A DNA stretch of 63,690 nucleotides, filler included, from Choristocarpus tenellus KU-1152 (GCA_964200185.2; 9 parts of 9 records of this genome joined end to end with filler, not necessarily neighbours in it), one strand, 5' to 3'. Positions 38,576 to 53,487 are shown, counted from the whole stretch's first letter. The notes: generated by a model from the sequence alone, not told the origin. Translations and numbers: made by a program.

Positions 38576-38958
38576 GTGTTTTCACTTGAAACTTTTCGTT
38601 CCCCTAAGGCAATAAGCAATAACGGGTACACACAAATCATCTACAATTCTCCATGAACACATCCAACTTTGCCTAAAGATGGTGGTGCCAACCCTTGAAG
38701 TTCAAAGCTTCTCTCTTGTATGTGTATACCTTTATTATGGAGTAAAATTTTGTGTTATACCCCCAATGGATACCCTTACTTGATATGTTTACTTTTGCAG
38801 TATCCTTCGAAAATACAGACATGTATTGTCTCTACACAACGTTGTTGACCCGTGCTCCCCATGCTTGTCTAGTCTCGCTGTATAGTCTCGCCTACCTAAC
38901 CCTTTTTTCACCCAAATTAAATATTCATAGTGTTGGTCATGTGCTTGCATGAATGCAG

Positions 38959-41900
38959 ACAGGTGGATGAACTCTGAGTACTCTGCAGGATTGTGGTCCT
39001 ACCTCACCTTAGATTGGGTCACCCAAATCATTGACACTGGCTGCAAGAGGCCTATCCATGCTTCTGATCTACCTGTGTGTATGTTTTGGCATGCTGTAAT
39101 TTTGAGTTCAGTTTTGGATTATGTGTGTTATTTTATTTTGGGCTACAATTTTGATATGGTTTTAACTGTGTGTGTGGACGAGCATTCTGTTTGTGTACGT
39201 GTGTTGTCAATGTTGATTGCACTTTTGCTGTCAATGCATGTGTAACTGTGTACTTTTGTGTATTTTCAATTCTGCATTTTCTTGTCTGAAATGCTTGGGA
39301 CTGGTTTTGTGCTGACGTGAATATTACTGTTGCAGTCACTTCACATTTTAATTTTTCCCAGCAATTTTTCCTTTTTTTCATGAGGGTTGCGGTTTCTTAT
39401 CTCCCCCCCTTGAGTGGAGGGTTAGGGTTTACACACCTGGTGTTTGATAGTTGAACTGTAGAGAGATACGTGGATCATGGCTTGCCAATGGAAAAGTAAC
39501 ATTTCAAGTGAATTGGAGTTAGGTCAACTCATGCATATACCCGAACATGTTTTTCAAGAGTTGCACTCTATTTTTTAGTTATGTTACCTGTTAAAGTACA
39601 TTTTATTGTTGTAATTGTTGGGTTCCTCTTGCCAACTTGGTGACACATGGGTATGACATCAGAGTCAGGGTTAGCTGTTGCTAGGATCAGTAGCAATTCT
39701 CTGAAACGGCCACAGTAAATATGACATCAACACAAGCAGGTATGATCAACTTGATGTAACAATGTGCACAAAGGAAGACATATTTTGCACTGTGATGTTG
39801 ACTAAGAAATAGATACATAGTTACTCTTAGCTTATTTCCAGAATATTTAGCCCATTTCACACTTTATCAAGATCCCATCTCATCTCAGTTGCATTCAAGT
39901 ATTTTATGTAAGACATCATTTCGTTTATATGAAAAATAAGCAACTTGTATGTGTTATCTTTCACTGCTGAAAAAAAGATTTTGTTGTGTGTAAGAATCTC
40001 TTTCCTAAATGAAACATACAGGCATCAATGGGACTTAGCAAAGACTATAAATTTCACCCGTTCACTCTCTAGTCTTTAATTGTTTTTCGTTTTGATCACA
40101 ATCACGCACAATCTCTTGTCCCTAACCCTAACTTATACAACTTGTACAAATTAAATTAACTGTCAGGAACTCGTTGATACCGACCGTTCTGCCAGCGTCT
40201 GGAGCAGTTTCAGCGCCCCCCCCTATGACAAGATGTTGGATCTTCAAGCAGGGGAGCAGTCTCTGAATTTGACTGTCAACCTTTTCAGGCTTGTTCGGAA
40301 ACGCTTCTTGTATCAGGTGGGTAACAGTATCCCATGGGAGTAGATACATACACTAAATTGCCTTGGTGTTTAACGAGGAGAGGACATCATTATCCATATG
40401 CCCAATGATTTGGCATGCACCAGCACAGCTAAGCTTGAAGCCCTAATCCTAATCCCACTAACTCAAATCCCAAGGTGGAATTATGAATGAATATGTCCTA
40501 CAAGTTTGGTCGGAAAAAGAGATTTTTTGTAGAGGTGTGCAGTGTTGGAAATATTTGACCGATCTGGTAGTAGTAACATGAAAGTAACCTTACTATCAAT
40601 TGCAGGCATTGTTCATGGTATCTCATGCTATCTTTGTGCATTGCAGTCCAATGGTCTAACATGTGCCACTTTTCTTAGGGTACGGTAAACTAACAATGTA
40701 TCTATTTCAATATATGGAATAATCTTTCTTGTAATACTTTCCTTCCTACAGTTCCATTCAATGATGACACCACAAATAAATTTAACCAACTCTCTCTTCT
40801 TCAAGAACCATTGAAGAACCATTGAGGAACCATTTTACTTCCACTATTTTTATTCGTCACTTATTGCATTTCTTCAAGCAGCTATCAGAGCTACTGCACA
40901 ACAATCAACCTGGATTTAGAGTATCAACTTTTTGGTATATTAATTACAAAACTATGATGTTATACAGTTACATATATATGGTGCTGGTGTTTGCTCCATT
41001 TTTTCAGCATTATTATGTTTTTTCACCGATCTGTATTTGTTGGCACTGTCGCAACTTTTATTTTCTTGAATATATTTGTTGAATACTGAATTACTATGTA
41101 GTATAATTATACATATATATATATACTGTTTTCCTGTTCTTTTGTGTATTTCTCTTTTTATGTGTTACCTATCTGACTATGGACTAGTTTGTATCATAAT
41201 AGAAATGTTGGAAATAATAGTCCTTGATACAGGACTAATGTAAACCGAAATCCTCTTTCTCTGAGAATGAGGAAAGATGAAAATGTATGTATATGTATGA
41301 TGTATTTTGAAAAATATACAGTTAAGTACGATTAGATACTGTGAATATTGTGTACAGTATGGGAATGAAATTTTGGGAAAAGAAAACCGTTGACTGCAGT
41401 AATGCTACTGTTTTCCAGGTTATTTTAGCATTGGGGCCATATGTTCTAAATGTTACGCTGGTTCCACATTTTTATATGTTGTCTCGGGGTTCTACCACAC
41501 ATGTAACCATCTTACATACCCTGTCTGGGAGTCCCCTCCCTCATTACATGCTGGTTGACTGTCCAATAGGAACATGCCTACTATGTGATTCTTCTTCCAT
41601 TCAAATGTAACGTAACTTTTGTAAGTTCCATTCTCACCTGGGACCGACCCATGTGATGAACCCTCTGGTCAAGGCTGAGTTCTTATATATTGGGAGGCAT
41701 GCAAATATGAGATGGTGGACTGTCATGATTGAGGATCACCAGTGCAAAGTCGACCAAGACACATTTGACGGGTTTAAAAAACCTGGTGAAACTGTCAAAG
41801 TAGGTGTTTATTGGGATGCCTAGGATGAAGGCCTCCAGTTGTACAAGCAGTTCGCTCACCCTGTGGTCTCACCCTGTGGTCTCATAGCTCATCTATCTCA

Positions 41901-44900
41901 ATTCTTCGGGCCAGAAGTTTATCTGGGGCAAGGACTAAAACAAAGTCACAAAGAACAGTGTGGTAACCCAATGTAACCCAATGCCTGGAGGCGAGAGGGC
42001 GTTAGACTGGGATGGATACCTCAGGGGACGGTGATGGCCATTGCGGAGTACTTTGTGATTTCCTGAATCACCGTGTCCCATCATCTGGAGAAGTATAACA
42101 GCCAAATTGCAAGGCGAGATGTGACCACCTTACAAGTATCCTCAACATTTGGGATGTCTGATCGGCACACTGTACATCCCTCAGCAATTGAGTGACCAAA
42201 GCTGGGGTCTCCTTTCCCTCGTTGTGGGGTCTGTGCAAGTGTGAGAAAGTGAAGGTTAGGCAATGGATTAAGTCATTCATGTCAGACCATTAGAAAGTCA
42301 ATAGGATGGGTTTCGTCATCAACCACACTGACAGGAGGGGGGGAAGTGGAATATTAGTGGATGATGATCTGTATGACGGGGCGGATGTGGATGAGAAGTG
42401 GTTTTTCATCGTCAGAGATGGGCAAGATGTGTATCTAAACCCCACTGACGATCCCCCCAATCCCCTACGGGAACAGAAAATGTGTTTCATTGTGAAGGTA
42501 ATGTTCCTTGTAGCTGTGGCCTGCCCTAGAAAGCTCTCCAATGTGGTGTGGTTTGATGGTAAAGTCGAGATCTTGCTACCTGAGGTTGATCATTGCTCCA
42601 GCAAACACCACCCCTAAGGTACCATGGTGCTTGTGCCAGCCACTGTGGGTGCAGAGAGGAATAAGAAGCTCATGAAAGAGGATAATATTCTGGCAATCAA
42701 GGCCTGCATGCCTAGGCTGGAAGGACACACCATCTTTGTACAGCAGGACGGAGCAGAGCCACATGCCACAGGGGCAATCATGGATGCAATTGAGGAGGCT
42801 GCGGGGGACGACATTGTCATAGAGAGCCAGTCAGTCAACTAACCTGATCTCAACATCAACGACCTGGTATTCTTTCATTTCATCCAGCAAATGAAGGAAG
42901 ACATGAGGGTGACTAACACAAAGGAGCTGGTGGAGGCCACAGCAGAGGTGTTTGATGTGTACCCCAGGTAGACACTAGAGCACATCTGGCTGAGCCTCTT
43001 TGCAGTCTATGGTGAGCTGCTGGGGTCCAAGGGTTACAAAGTCTTGAGTGAAAGTATCTTAGAGGGTATGAGTTTTGCCCTGTTTGTCCATTTGGGACAT
43101 GGCTTGCCACGGGTTTTTAATGACATTCTACCTAAACCAAAATGTTTCGGAGTGGGTGAAATGCATATGTTATGAAAAGGTGTGTCCGGAACAAGAATAT
43201 TGAAAAATCTCGTAACAAGTATGATAGTCAAAATTACATCAAAATTGCAACATTGGATTTTGGTCCTCAAATGGACGTGGCTCTACCCTCTAAGATACTT
43301 TGACTCCTTCACAATTCCTTATCTCAACAAAGGAAAAAGCCGAGGAGTTGTGCAAGCTAAAACCCTAACCCCGAAAGCTGTGATGAATGTAGCGAAATAC
43401 TGTGCTGGACTGGAGTATTGGAAGGCTTCAGGGACAGAATCATAGATAGGCATAGGCTGCCCCATTTTGCTTGAGATTTTGGTGGGCAACCATGTGAAAA
43501 AAAGTCTTGCATCTTCATTGGAGTTGTCTTTCATTTACTTCTGAATGGAAGTATCATGTATCTATGTATCTGCTTGGTGCCTAAATTTACCTTTGTGCCA
43601 TACGGTTTTTTCGTTGTTATATTGTGATGGTATTTAATCATGTACATCCATACAACCCTCAGACAAATAATATTAGTATTGCAGAGTGAAGCGAAGTGTG
43701 TCAAACCTGTCAAGAGTTTTAAACTCCTTTTAACTTGGAGGAACTGCTAAGAAATATTATTTTCTGTTCCAAACATACGCATTTAATAATATTGTGTATG
43801 CTTCAACTGTTGATACGTTTTGGTAATATATTTGGACTGTGGTGTACATAATTTATGTGGTATGGAAGTTTTCTTTGTGTACAGTATTTTTTTACTTTTA
43901 TTGAAACTTTAGTGATGTTTCAGGAACACCCACAGTACAGTGCTGTAGGGTTTACCAGTGGGTTTTTTGTACAGTAACGTCAAGGTATTTCAGAAATTTC
44001 CACCGTACGGTATGGTAGGGTTAGGGTTACAGTTGAGTATTTTCAAAACTAAGCACTAAATCTGGATTTTCAGCGATAAGATACAATAGTGATTACCCTT
44101 GTCAAAATCCTGTAGTATGATGGATTACGGCCCAAATATTGTACTCTTTTACTGCTGTATTCATTACTGTGATAATCTTTATGGTGATATGCCTTGATGA
44201 TACCCCTGTGTGGGATCGCATGTCTCTCTTGAACTCTAAACAGTGGTAAAGTCGCATGTGGCTTACGCACAAAGTTGTGAACTACTAGGTGGAAGAACCT
44301 GTTCCTTCTTTATGCATCATCCAGTCTAGTCCCTAAGTTTCATGCTCAATTAGCCAACCCCAGGACAGTTCGTCTTGCATTTGCTACTGTGCAACCAGTG
44401 GGCCTCACCTACAAACATAAGGTACCATTCTGGAATGACAGTATTCAGAGCTTCCGATCTACGATATTTTTGTTTGTGGATACTGATGGCAAACGTGTTT
44501 AATCAGATAAATTTAGTATTGCCTATCTTAACTCCATGTGGAAGCATTTTGGATTGGACACATCCACTGTCCTACATATCACTGTACCTCAAAACACTGG
44601 ACCAAGAACAAGATGACCAGACTTTGTAAACTAAGTGATGTCAAGGTTCAGTGCAACAAGTGATGATACAACTGAAGCAAACGCACAGGAAGTAAGGGAC
44701 AAAAGGGGGCAGCACTACTTGTCCAAGTGTAACAGTACTTTGTATGAATATATGACAAATAGTGCAATGTGCAATCCTGTTGACCGCAGTTTGGGATGTG
44801 ATTTGATTTTTTAACCCTAACCCTAAGTTTTTGTTATTGACTTTCGAGCTATCTATGTTATTGTTATAATGTAACCATCTCTGATGTGCTGGTAAGAAAT

Positions 44901-47900
44901 TAGGAAGTGCCTGCTTTTGATTATGCTAAGGTTCTGTAAAATTCTCATGTCACCACAACCCTGATATTGTCTTATCTAAGTGTCTCACACCACAAAGAAG
45001 GAAGTAGATTGTAACTAAGTGCAACTCTATATGGTGAATTGGTGACATCTTTGTTAATATTTGTGAATGGAACCTAGCTCTGGGTGATACCGCTAGGTGA
45101 CACACCCTACTCACTAAGCCTCGTAGGCAAACTTGGATTGATGCAAACCTGTCCAAAAATATATAAAAAAAATATGCAAACCTGTCCCTATCGGTCAATC
45201 GACATCATCAAATATCAGACTATCAGAAGCAATAACGTGGGTTCCTTTCTTTATTTCCTGAGTTTGACACTGTGATAGGGCTGTTGTTGATGGATTGCTA
45301 CAGGTTAATGATCAAAGAAGGTTAGCGTTCCACCATAGTTATTTTAGTTCTGACTAGCACCATAGCGACACTAATATTTCTTGACAGGTTTCTATTGGTC
45401 ATATTGTATAGAAAAGATATTGGGAATTGCCTCCCACATTTGTCTAAATGTCATTGTTTGACACCATGATGAAGCTTTGTTGGACTTGATGTAGTATCGA
45501 CTTTGAGAATATTCAGCTCCCCTTTTTTTAGAGTGAATCAATCGGTCTCCATCTCAAAAAATTAGTTTATCCTCTCAAAGAAGTATCTGCAGGTCTATCT
45601 ATCAAGATATTTCCTTGTGTATAAAGTGAAATAATCTAACCACTTGTTCGTGATGGTGGTAGATTTGTTTTGTACCATTTATATTGAGATCAATTTGGAT
45701 TGGCCTAGAAAATTTTGTTTGTGATACCGTCTACCTCTGTTATACAATGGTGATAATAGTAATTTTGGTACAGTTTTGACGCGATATAGTGTGGAATACT
45801 ATATCCGTTTGATAGGATCCCATAGGGAAGTATTAGCAACTCTGCAACATATTTCTAATTATTGATGTTCAAATGATCGTGTTTGAATATATTTTAACCT
45901 GAAACTTAATGTAATCCTTCTTCCCAAGTTAGGAAGTCGACCCAGTCACTTCCAGGTCCACTCATCACCATGATATCATAGTATTAGTAATAGGGACTTA
46001 CAGTCATCACAAGATACATGGTTGACACGGAACATACAGAACAACATGATGTATGAGGTCCTATGTTGAATGCTTTGAGTGAAATCACTTCAAGGAGAAT
46101 TCATTTGCCCATTTTTCATGTGAGATCTCTTCAGACCTGATGGAATGTACACCATGCCTGTGCCTGAAATGTAGTTGTGTTAGGAAGGTTTGACTGTAGA
46201 AGGGAGGATTAGATGTGAACATATTGCTAGTCAAACTCACCTTCCACATTGATCAAACATATGTGCAACAGTTATTGAGAGCTCATTGGTACCACCTAAT
46301 AGATGGTATCACTCTTGACTTCAGAATGCATCGACTAACTCCCACATATCCACACCCCTCTCTCCACCTTTGTATGTATGTCATTGGTACTCTTGCTTGC
46401 AGTCAACCTGTGTGCTGATCAGTGTTTGTACACGAGTAATACCTTTTTTAATCCTCAATAATATTGTGAGGTACATGGACAACTACAACCCTGCAAGCCC
46501 TACTGAAGGAGTGAATGCCATGGTCTTCATGTCCATCATCATGCTAGTCATCTTCCAGGTGCTGGACTGTTGGGTCTTGCAGAATGTTTCTTGAGAGCTA
46601 TTTGGACTTGACTTGTTTGAGCTTCCAGCAGCGATTTCCATGACCAAATTACCTTATTTCATCTTTAATATACATGTACATATGTAAGGCATGCAAAAGA
46701 CAGCATGTGTAACCTAGAGTAGGATAGAATCATGTACAATACATGAAAACATCTGCCAAGATGTGGAAGACCCTTTTTCTTAAGTACTTTTTACCCAAAA
46801 GAATGAGCAGAAAAATTGTTGTAGGAGGATGGATAGAATGCCTTTGAAACACAGTGTGTTTCATCTTCCTTTCATTTCCAGTAGTTGTTGACAATTCCTT
46901 TCATGATGCAAACATTTTCGTTCTCATTTTGTATATGTGAGATAGCATCCTCTCTCACTGCCCTTAACACTCATTTAAGAAGCAATGGTTGTGAATGCTA
47001 CTTCATCCCTAAATCTCTACTGCTGCATTATATATAGGCACTATGATCTGATCTTGTAGTACATACTTGGGTTCAAAGTAACCCTCACCCAATTCATAAC
47101 CAAGAAACTGAGAACGCAAATTGTTTTATAGCCCAAGAGAGGAGTGTAAACATTTTCAGTGTTTGTAAAACATTTTTTTTCCTTACTTTGTTCAAAGGGT
47201 ATTGAGATGCCAGTGCACCACAAGTTCACCAGTCTAGTGTGGGCCTAGTACCTCAGTGGTACTTAGCAATCTTGATATCTTGATTGAAGGTTTCTTGTTT
47301 TAGTGCAAGAGGTGCATCCAAAACAGACTGAAGCAAGTATGTGGATGCATTTAAGTTACTTGTGCTTAAATTTGAATTAGGACTTCAGGGCTCAGATTCT
47401 GCACACACCAAGTAGGAGCAAAGCCAGATGAGCAAAATTTCAGCATTTTTTTTCCATATTGCTATGTCCTTTTTTTCCCTTCTTCAACATGTTTGGGTTA
47501 AGGCAAGTTTTCAAGATATCTGATACAGGAATACCTATGATTAAATTTAGAGTGCTGTTATATCATAGCTACAAAAATGTCTAGAATTCTTCTCCAAGTG
47601 TCACTGTCTCACCAGTTGTAATGATTCAATCATCATTGGGAATAGGACAAAGATCATGTCAGGTTTTTGAGAGGAATTTTTTTCCTTCCATTTTTCATGT
47701 TGGGTTGACAACTGTAGTGGCTATTAGGTATTGTGATAGATAGCTATGATAAAAACTATCACTTAGATTTTAGAAAGTTGATTGGGAAAGAGGCTTCTCC
47801 TTTGTTATTATACATCAACCTGTTGCATGTATGTATATCCTTCCACAATAGGCAATGTCAACCTTCTCAGACCTAATTAACATGAAGCTGGGAAGACGAC

Positions 47901-49057
47901 TGGGCATCCATGCCCGATCTGCATTGATATCTGCAGTGTTCCAGAAAGCAATGACACTGGACATGAGCATGGTTGATGCTGGCCAGCTTCAGGCAAGTAT
48001 GTATACATGTAGGAGGGATGTATCGCATGTACAGGGACGAAAGGAGGGGGGAAATATACAAGCTTTTGGTGGAATCTAAAACCCAGTGATAAAACGAAAC
48101 AGGTGCTGCAAGAATCTGTGTGATGGGAAGTGTAACAATTACTGTCATATGGCCTTGTAGAGATTGAGTGTCCTGAGTGTGTTGTGGTAACCGTTTGGTG
48201 GGATATGCTTATATATGTACAGTATTATGTTGGTATGCATAGGATTCTCATGTGATTGTTTGGATTACCTGGTGAGCGATAACTTAACCTGAAAAAGTTG
48301 TAGAATGTGTACATTTGGATTTACAATTTTTTGTAATCTGTATTGTGTCAAGTTGTTCTACTGTGGTGTGGCATGGGTGAAAGATGACCCCATTAGTGAG
48401 TTTGCATGTTGTCTTCTATATTCCTTTAGATCTCTCAGACAATTGCTATTCTGATGAGGTTTGCATTTCCTTTTTGTTGTTCCCTCTTGGAATGGAGTAC
48501 TCTCATGTAACAGAACTCTATCCACGCTTTTCCCCTAAAGTAATTTCCCTAGTTACCTCCTTTATCATAGATCAGTCAAGCAAGACATCACAGTATGCGA
48601 TGAAATACAAGAGCACAAATTCTCTCTCTATATATGGAGTAGAATGTGGGATGAAACATTTCTTAAGGTTTCCAATTGCTGTCAACACATGCCTCCATTT
48701 TGGTTTTGGTTCTTGTGAACCCCTGGACACTTTCCTTCAAATAGAATGAACGGTTACTCATCATCTGAGACCTCTCAAGTTCCTCTATTGCTATTCAAAA
48801 ACCTTCATCTCAATCACCCAATCCTCTTTTTGTCTTTTCAGAACCATATATCTGTGGATGCAGAGGCAGTGCTCAATCTCATGCTTCACCAGGTGTTGTT
48901 TTGGTCATCGAGCTTTCAAGTCTTGTTTTCTGTCTTGTTGCTGTTTTGGGTGCTGGGGATGTCAGCCGTCAGTGGCCTGATTGTCATCTTCTTGTGTGTA
49001 CCTCTAAACAAGTCATTTCAGGGGAGACTGAAGACACTACAGCTTACGCTCATGAAG
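38959..49057 (+). CDS. Partial ABCC/MRP-type ABC transporter (L0 linker and start of TMD1). Visible exons ~38959-39074, ~46403/46423-46558, 47852-47992, 48842-49057
   Basis: AGLWSYLTLDWVTQIIDTGCKRPIHASDLP (L0 motif), GIHARSALISAVFQKAMTL, GQLQNHISVDA, LLFWVLGMSAVSGLIVIFLCVPLN; truncated by contig ends and small exons may be missed. Confidence 0.82.
42290..43335 (+). pseudogene. Degenerate DD39D-like mariner transposase inside an ABCC intron, interrupted by a MITE
   Basis: DDLYDGADVDEKWFF, KVMFLVAVACPR, IFVQQDGAEPH, PDLNINDL; stops and frameshifts; homologous to 19370-20270. Confidence 0.85.
43046..43306 (-). mobile_element. MITE family 1 copy nested in the mariner relic
   Basis: TIRs GAGTGAAAGTATCTTAGAGGGTA / TACCCTCTAAGATACTTTGACTC; CTT TSD; the empty site matches ~20180-20212. 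Confidence 0.9.
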
Positions 49058-49946
49058 GCAAGAGGGAGGGAGACAGAAGGCACCTGGGTTTGACTAGGGG
49101 GTGGCAATACTTGGGGTGTTTGAGGGGAGGAGGGAGTTTTGGCTTGTGGAGTTATCCCTCCCTGTCAGTGGAAATATTCTTCTGGTAATAAATTCTTGTC
49201 TACCATGAGATAACTGCTCCATTTTTTATCAGCAAGGCCAAATAGTAGAAATAGTAGTGAGACCATCAGTATCGTTTGTGGATTGAAATACAAGAATGGG
49301 GAGGCTGCATACCATGGTAAAAACTTTGCATGTACTAGTATTCATTACAATTAGCCCTGCTTGTGAAGTCATTTGGTATACTATCCCTGGTCTGTAGGTA
49401 TTATCCCTGTTCTTATTGTGTGCTATCTTGATCATTGTCAGTGTCAGTGGGAGAGTGATGGTTGTTTTTGAGAAAGTCATATTGTATATATCACAGAACA
49501 ATTGCTTCACATGTACGGTAGCATCACTGACGGTACATTGTATNNNNNNNNNNNNNNNNNNNNNNNNNNNNNNNNNNNNNNNNNNNNTTAATTAATTAAN
49601 NNNNNNNNNNNNNNNNNNNNNNNNNNNNNNNNNNNNNNNNNNNACGGATTTCTTCTCAGATATCCTCCTCCCCCCCTCCCCCCCAGATATTTTGGATCTC
49701 TGTTTTTATGGATAAGTTTTAAGTTCGACCTGAGAGCATTTATTTATCTTTGTTTCTTGAAATTCGATTTTCTCGCGCAATTCAAAAAATAAATAAATAT
49801 ATATATATCCTGTACATATTTTCTATGAAGAGCCGAACTTTACACAGAAATTGTCAGCGTCCTTAAAATGGGGATACCTCTAAGGACTCTGGGGGGGGGG
49901 GGGGGTACCTCTTGACTGCTTTGACTGTTGACTGGTATGGTACCAG

Positions 49947-52395
49947 GTGGAGGGACTGGTGGCAGATCGAAATCTGTGCTTGGGAGATCTGATCGGGACC
50001 ATTAAGACCTTCTTCGAGAAGATCGGTATCACGCAGGTATGCAATCAATGTATGCACGTTGTGAGGGTGCTTGTTCCTCCCCTTGATATTTTATTATTTT
50101 TTTTAGGAGTTTGTTATTTTTTATCGTATTTTTTTTGTTCTGCTGCCGTTGTGCTGTTTTGAAAACGCTCTACTGTTAGGAGGGTTGGGGCTGGATTATA
50201 ACTGTATGTATATAGTGTAAAATCTATATTTTTTGAGTTTGTAGATTTCAACGAGCAAAACAGTCCCCCTTCTGTTTTTTGTTTCTTCTGCTCCTGGTGT
50301 TCCTTCCTTTTGTTAAGCCTTGCTTTGGAGCCCGTACGGCGACCTGTTTTAATCACTAAGAATAATTATTCTCTGAAGTAGAGCTTCTTTGTTTTGAAGA
50401 GTATGTAAAGTGTGAATGAAAAATAAGATAAATAAATGGCTTCCGTTCCCCCCCCCCTTGGCTTCCTTTCGGTAGGTAGGATAAACCATTCGTGTTGTTT
50501 GGTGATGCTTGTTGTAAGCTATTTGCACTATTGAATATGCAGTATGTGTTTGTGGTGGGTAAACATCTGTACCTGAGTTAATTGGAGGGGATGAAGCAGC
50601 AGGAAGATAGAAAAAAAGAAAAAGCTCGGAGGATAGACCTAATGCCTGTTCTCCTCTCACCTTTGTATTGTAATGGTATTTTTTTTAGCAGTCAATAGTC
50701 AATAATCAGTTGAGGATGCCCGGGAGAGGAGGGGGGGGGAGTTGTATGCCAGTTGGCGTAGCAGCTCGATCGAACTAGACGGCTGTTGCATCAAACAAAA
50801 TAGGGTTTGGTGTATTACTGTATGGGGTTGTCATGGTGTGGCACTGAAAAGGAAGAAAAAATGTTGAAACTGTCGTTAGTGAGTAGTCTAAACTTTGTGC
50901 TGTTACGTTGAGAAATCAAAAATAGGCACATTTTTGAAACTCCAACTGGAAGAGAGGGACCGTTCTGCTTCCGACAGGCTATTGTGTTTGGTCCTGCATG
51001 TTATTTTGGGTTCCAGATCTTGATCAAAGTAGGTCGGGGTTGAGACTTGCAATAGGGCTTCAGGGGAGGCTGGAGGTCCCACACTTCTAGGCTCGTTTTT
51101 TGTGGTCAAGTTTGTCCTGTGGGAATGCTTCTACTTTGAAGTAGGGGTTTCTAAATTTTTATTTTTATTAGATGTCTGAGCCAAAATATTTGTTTGTGAA
51201 TTTCCTGTTTTACAAAGTGTATGTATATATATACACATTGGAAAAAAAGGCCACTTGAAAGTATAAATAATGACTTTGTCATACCTTTTTCTTTTTCATG
51301 TGTAAGACCTCCTACAGTAGTATACATCCACATTCTTTGAAGTGTATTTTTTCAAGAGATTTTTATGAAGTGAATGCATTGCGCTGTTCCGGTTGTTCTA
51401 ACCACTGAAAATTTTCTGCCCCCCCCCCTCCTCCTCCAAAAAAAATCTTAAAACAGAACCTTGAGTGACATGACTTATTTTATTTTGTTCCTTTCCTCCA
51501 TGCTTGTTCAGATCCGCTTTAAGCCTGCATACAACCCGTACACTGAGCCATCCATGGAAATATTTGGGTATCACCCAGATCTTGGAAAGTGGACAGAGAT
51601 TGGCAACAGTGGCATGTTCCGACCTGAGATGCTTCGACCAATGGGATTGCCTGAGGTGAGTATGACATGACTTTGAATGAATGCCTTGAAGAGAAGTTGA
51701 ATTATATTTTTTGCCGGGTTCAAGGTCTCTTCATTTCCCATTTATTCTCCTGTGATGAGCGTTACTCCATCCATCGGTTTAAGCCAGTGGGGTTTGTGTA
51801 CGTTGTGTGTTGCTGTGTGCATCACACATCTGAACAGCCTTAGATCAATTAAACGTACATTGCACAAATACGTAACCATGCTACTTTGAAATGTGACAAG
51901 GCCTACTGTGTAGGCCACCGTGAGAATCACTGCCTGGTTTGTGATAGTGATAGGTTGCTGTAACTGTTGCAAGGAGGTATAAATTAGATTGGCCATACCG
52001 TTCTCAAAACTTGACTATTATTACGTATACATCTTGACTCCATAGTTTTACGTAACCTCAACTTGTGTCTGATTGGTAAATGGCCGTGCTCATGCATGAA
52101 AGTAGTCTTGAGGAACTAAACGATATTCTTACTACATGCAAAAACCTTCTTTTTATAGGCGAAGAGACTACCTACAAGATGATGGCGATTTCACTTTTCT
52201 TTCAATACTGCAAATTCGTTGTGCCCCTTCTCAAATCCCGTTATGTAACAGGACGTTCGTGTCATTGCGTGGGGATTGAGCCTTGAGCGTCCAACCATGA
52301 TCAAGTACCGCATTAGTAACATCAGAGAGCTGTTCGGGCACAAGGCAGACCTCAATCGAACAAAGCAAGCACCTATATGCCGTTTCGACCAGTAG
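49947..52395 (+). CDS. FARSA: Cytosolic phenylalanyl-tRNA synthetase alpha subunit, 3' part. Exons 49947-50036, 51512-51655, 52252-52395
   Basis: [56 protein letters not shown], motif 3 [16 protein letters not shown]. Confidence 0.95.
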
Positions 52396-53149
52396 AACTC
52401 TGTTTCTCAGGTTCACTTACAACACAGAAAAACATCACTGACATTTTTATAGGAGTATTTGTGGGATAGACTGGAAGAAGTGGTCATTAAGTGCAAAGAA
52501 GCATTGTGGGAAGAGCTTTTCCTGCTCGACAAATGTGTATGTGGATTTCATGCTTGCCAGGTTACACTCACAAGCTATACTTCAGCGTACCTGCTTCCTT
52601 CTTTGAGAAGATTGAGGTGTAAGTAGCAAAGTTATAGCTGGTTATTCAAACCCAACCAATGGTAAGGAATGCGTAAACGTGCACGAAAAATCATTAGCAA
52701 ACCATGCATGCACACAGGCAAACCGGACTTGCTGGTCATTTGTACGAAAGGGCAAGTCCATTGGAATGATCATCAGGTACATAACCTATTCACAGTAAAC
52801 ATCTGTCAGAGAAAAAGACGAAGGAATACACGAATAAACAAGATGTCTTCCTCTTTTACACCATCGTACATAGATTGCCTACACATGATTATCCAAGGGA
52901 TAAGATGATAGCAGCATCTATCACTCTAATAGAACAGTTCATTTCCCCCTCAACTGGTCTGGTTAGGGACACACCACCCTGAGGTGACCTCTCCCTCCTG
53001 TGACACGGGTTCAAAGTATCTGGGGGGGNNNNNNNNNNNNNNNNNNNNNNNNNNNNNNNNNNNNNNNNNNNNTTAATTAATTAANNNNNNNNNNNNNNNN
53101 NNNNNNNNNNNNNNNNNNNNNNNNNNNNGATCCAATTGGGAGTGTTAAT

Positions 53150-53331
53150 AATGAAAAAGATACTGGGGTAGAGGGGTTCTATAATACCAGGGTGTCCATT
53201 TGGATCAGAATCAAGAAAAGCGCATATAAATTATCCATCTGATGTATGGAACCAAATCACCCAAAAATGGTGACATGAAAAAATTGACCCTAAAATGGAC
53301 AGCCGCCACCCCCCCCCAGATACTATGAGCC
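53150..53331 (+). mobile_element. MITE family 2 copy; another left end lies at 53008-53028
   Basis: CCAGGGTGTCCATT...AATCACCCAAAAAT...CCCCCCAGATACTATGAGCC. Confidence 0.7.
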
Positions 53332-53487
53332 TTTGGGTCTTCTTATTGTGGCACCACTTGTCCTCAACGTGTCTGAATGCCTGGTTGCATTCTTGCCGTT
53401 CTAATTGTTGTATCTAGCAGGTGACTACTTACCTCTATTTTGTTTTAGGTAGTTCTTACCAAATACACAACTATTGTAATTACTATA

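Noticed and set aside
40128-40400. Possible piggyBac cysteine-rich C-terminal relic on the minus strand
   Set aside because: Too degenerate; the Cys pattern could not be reconstructed
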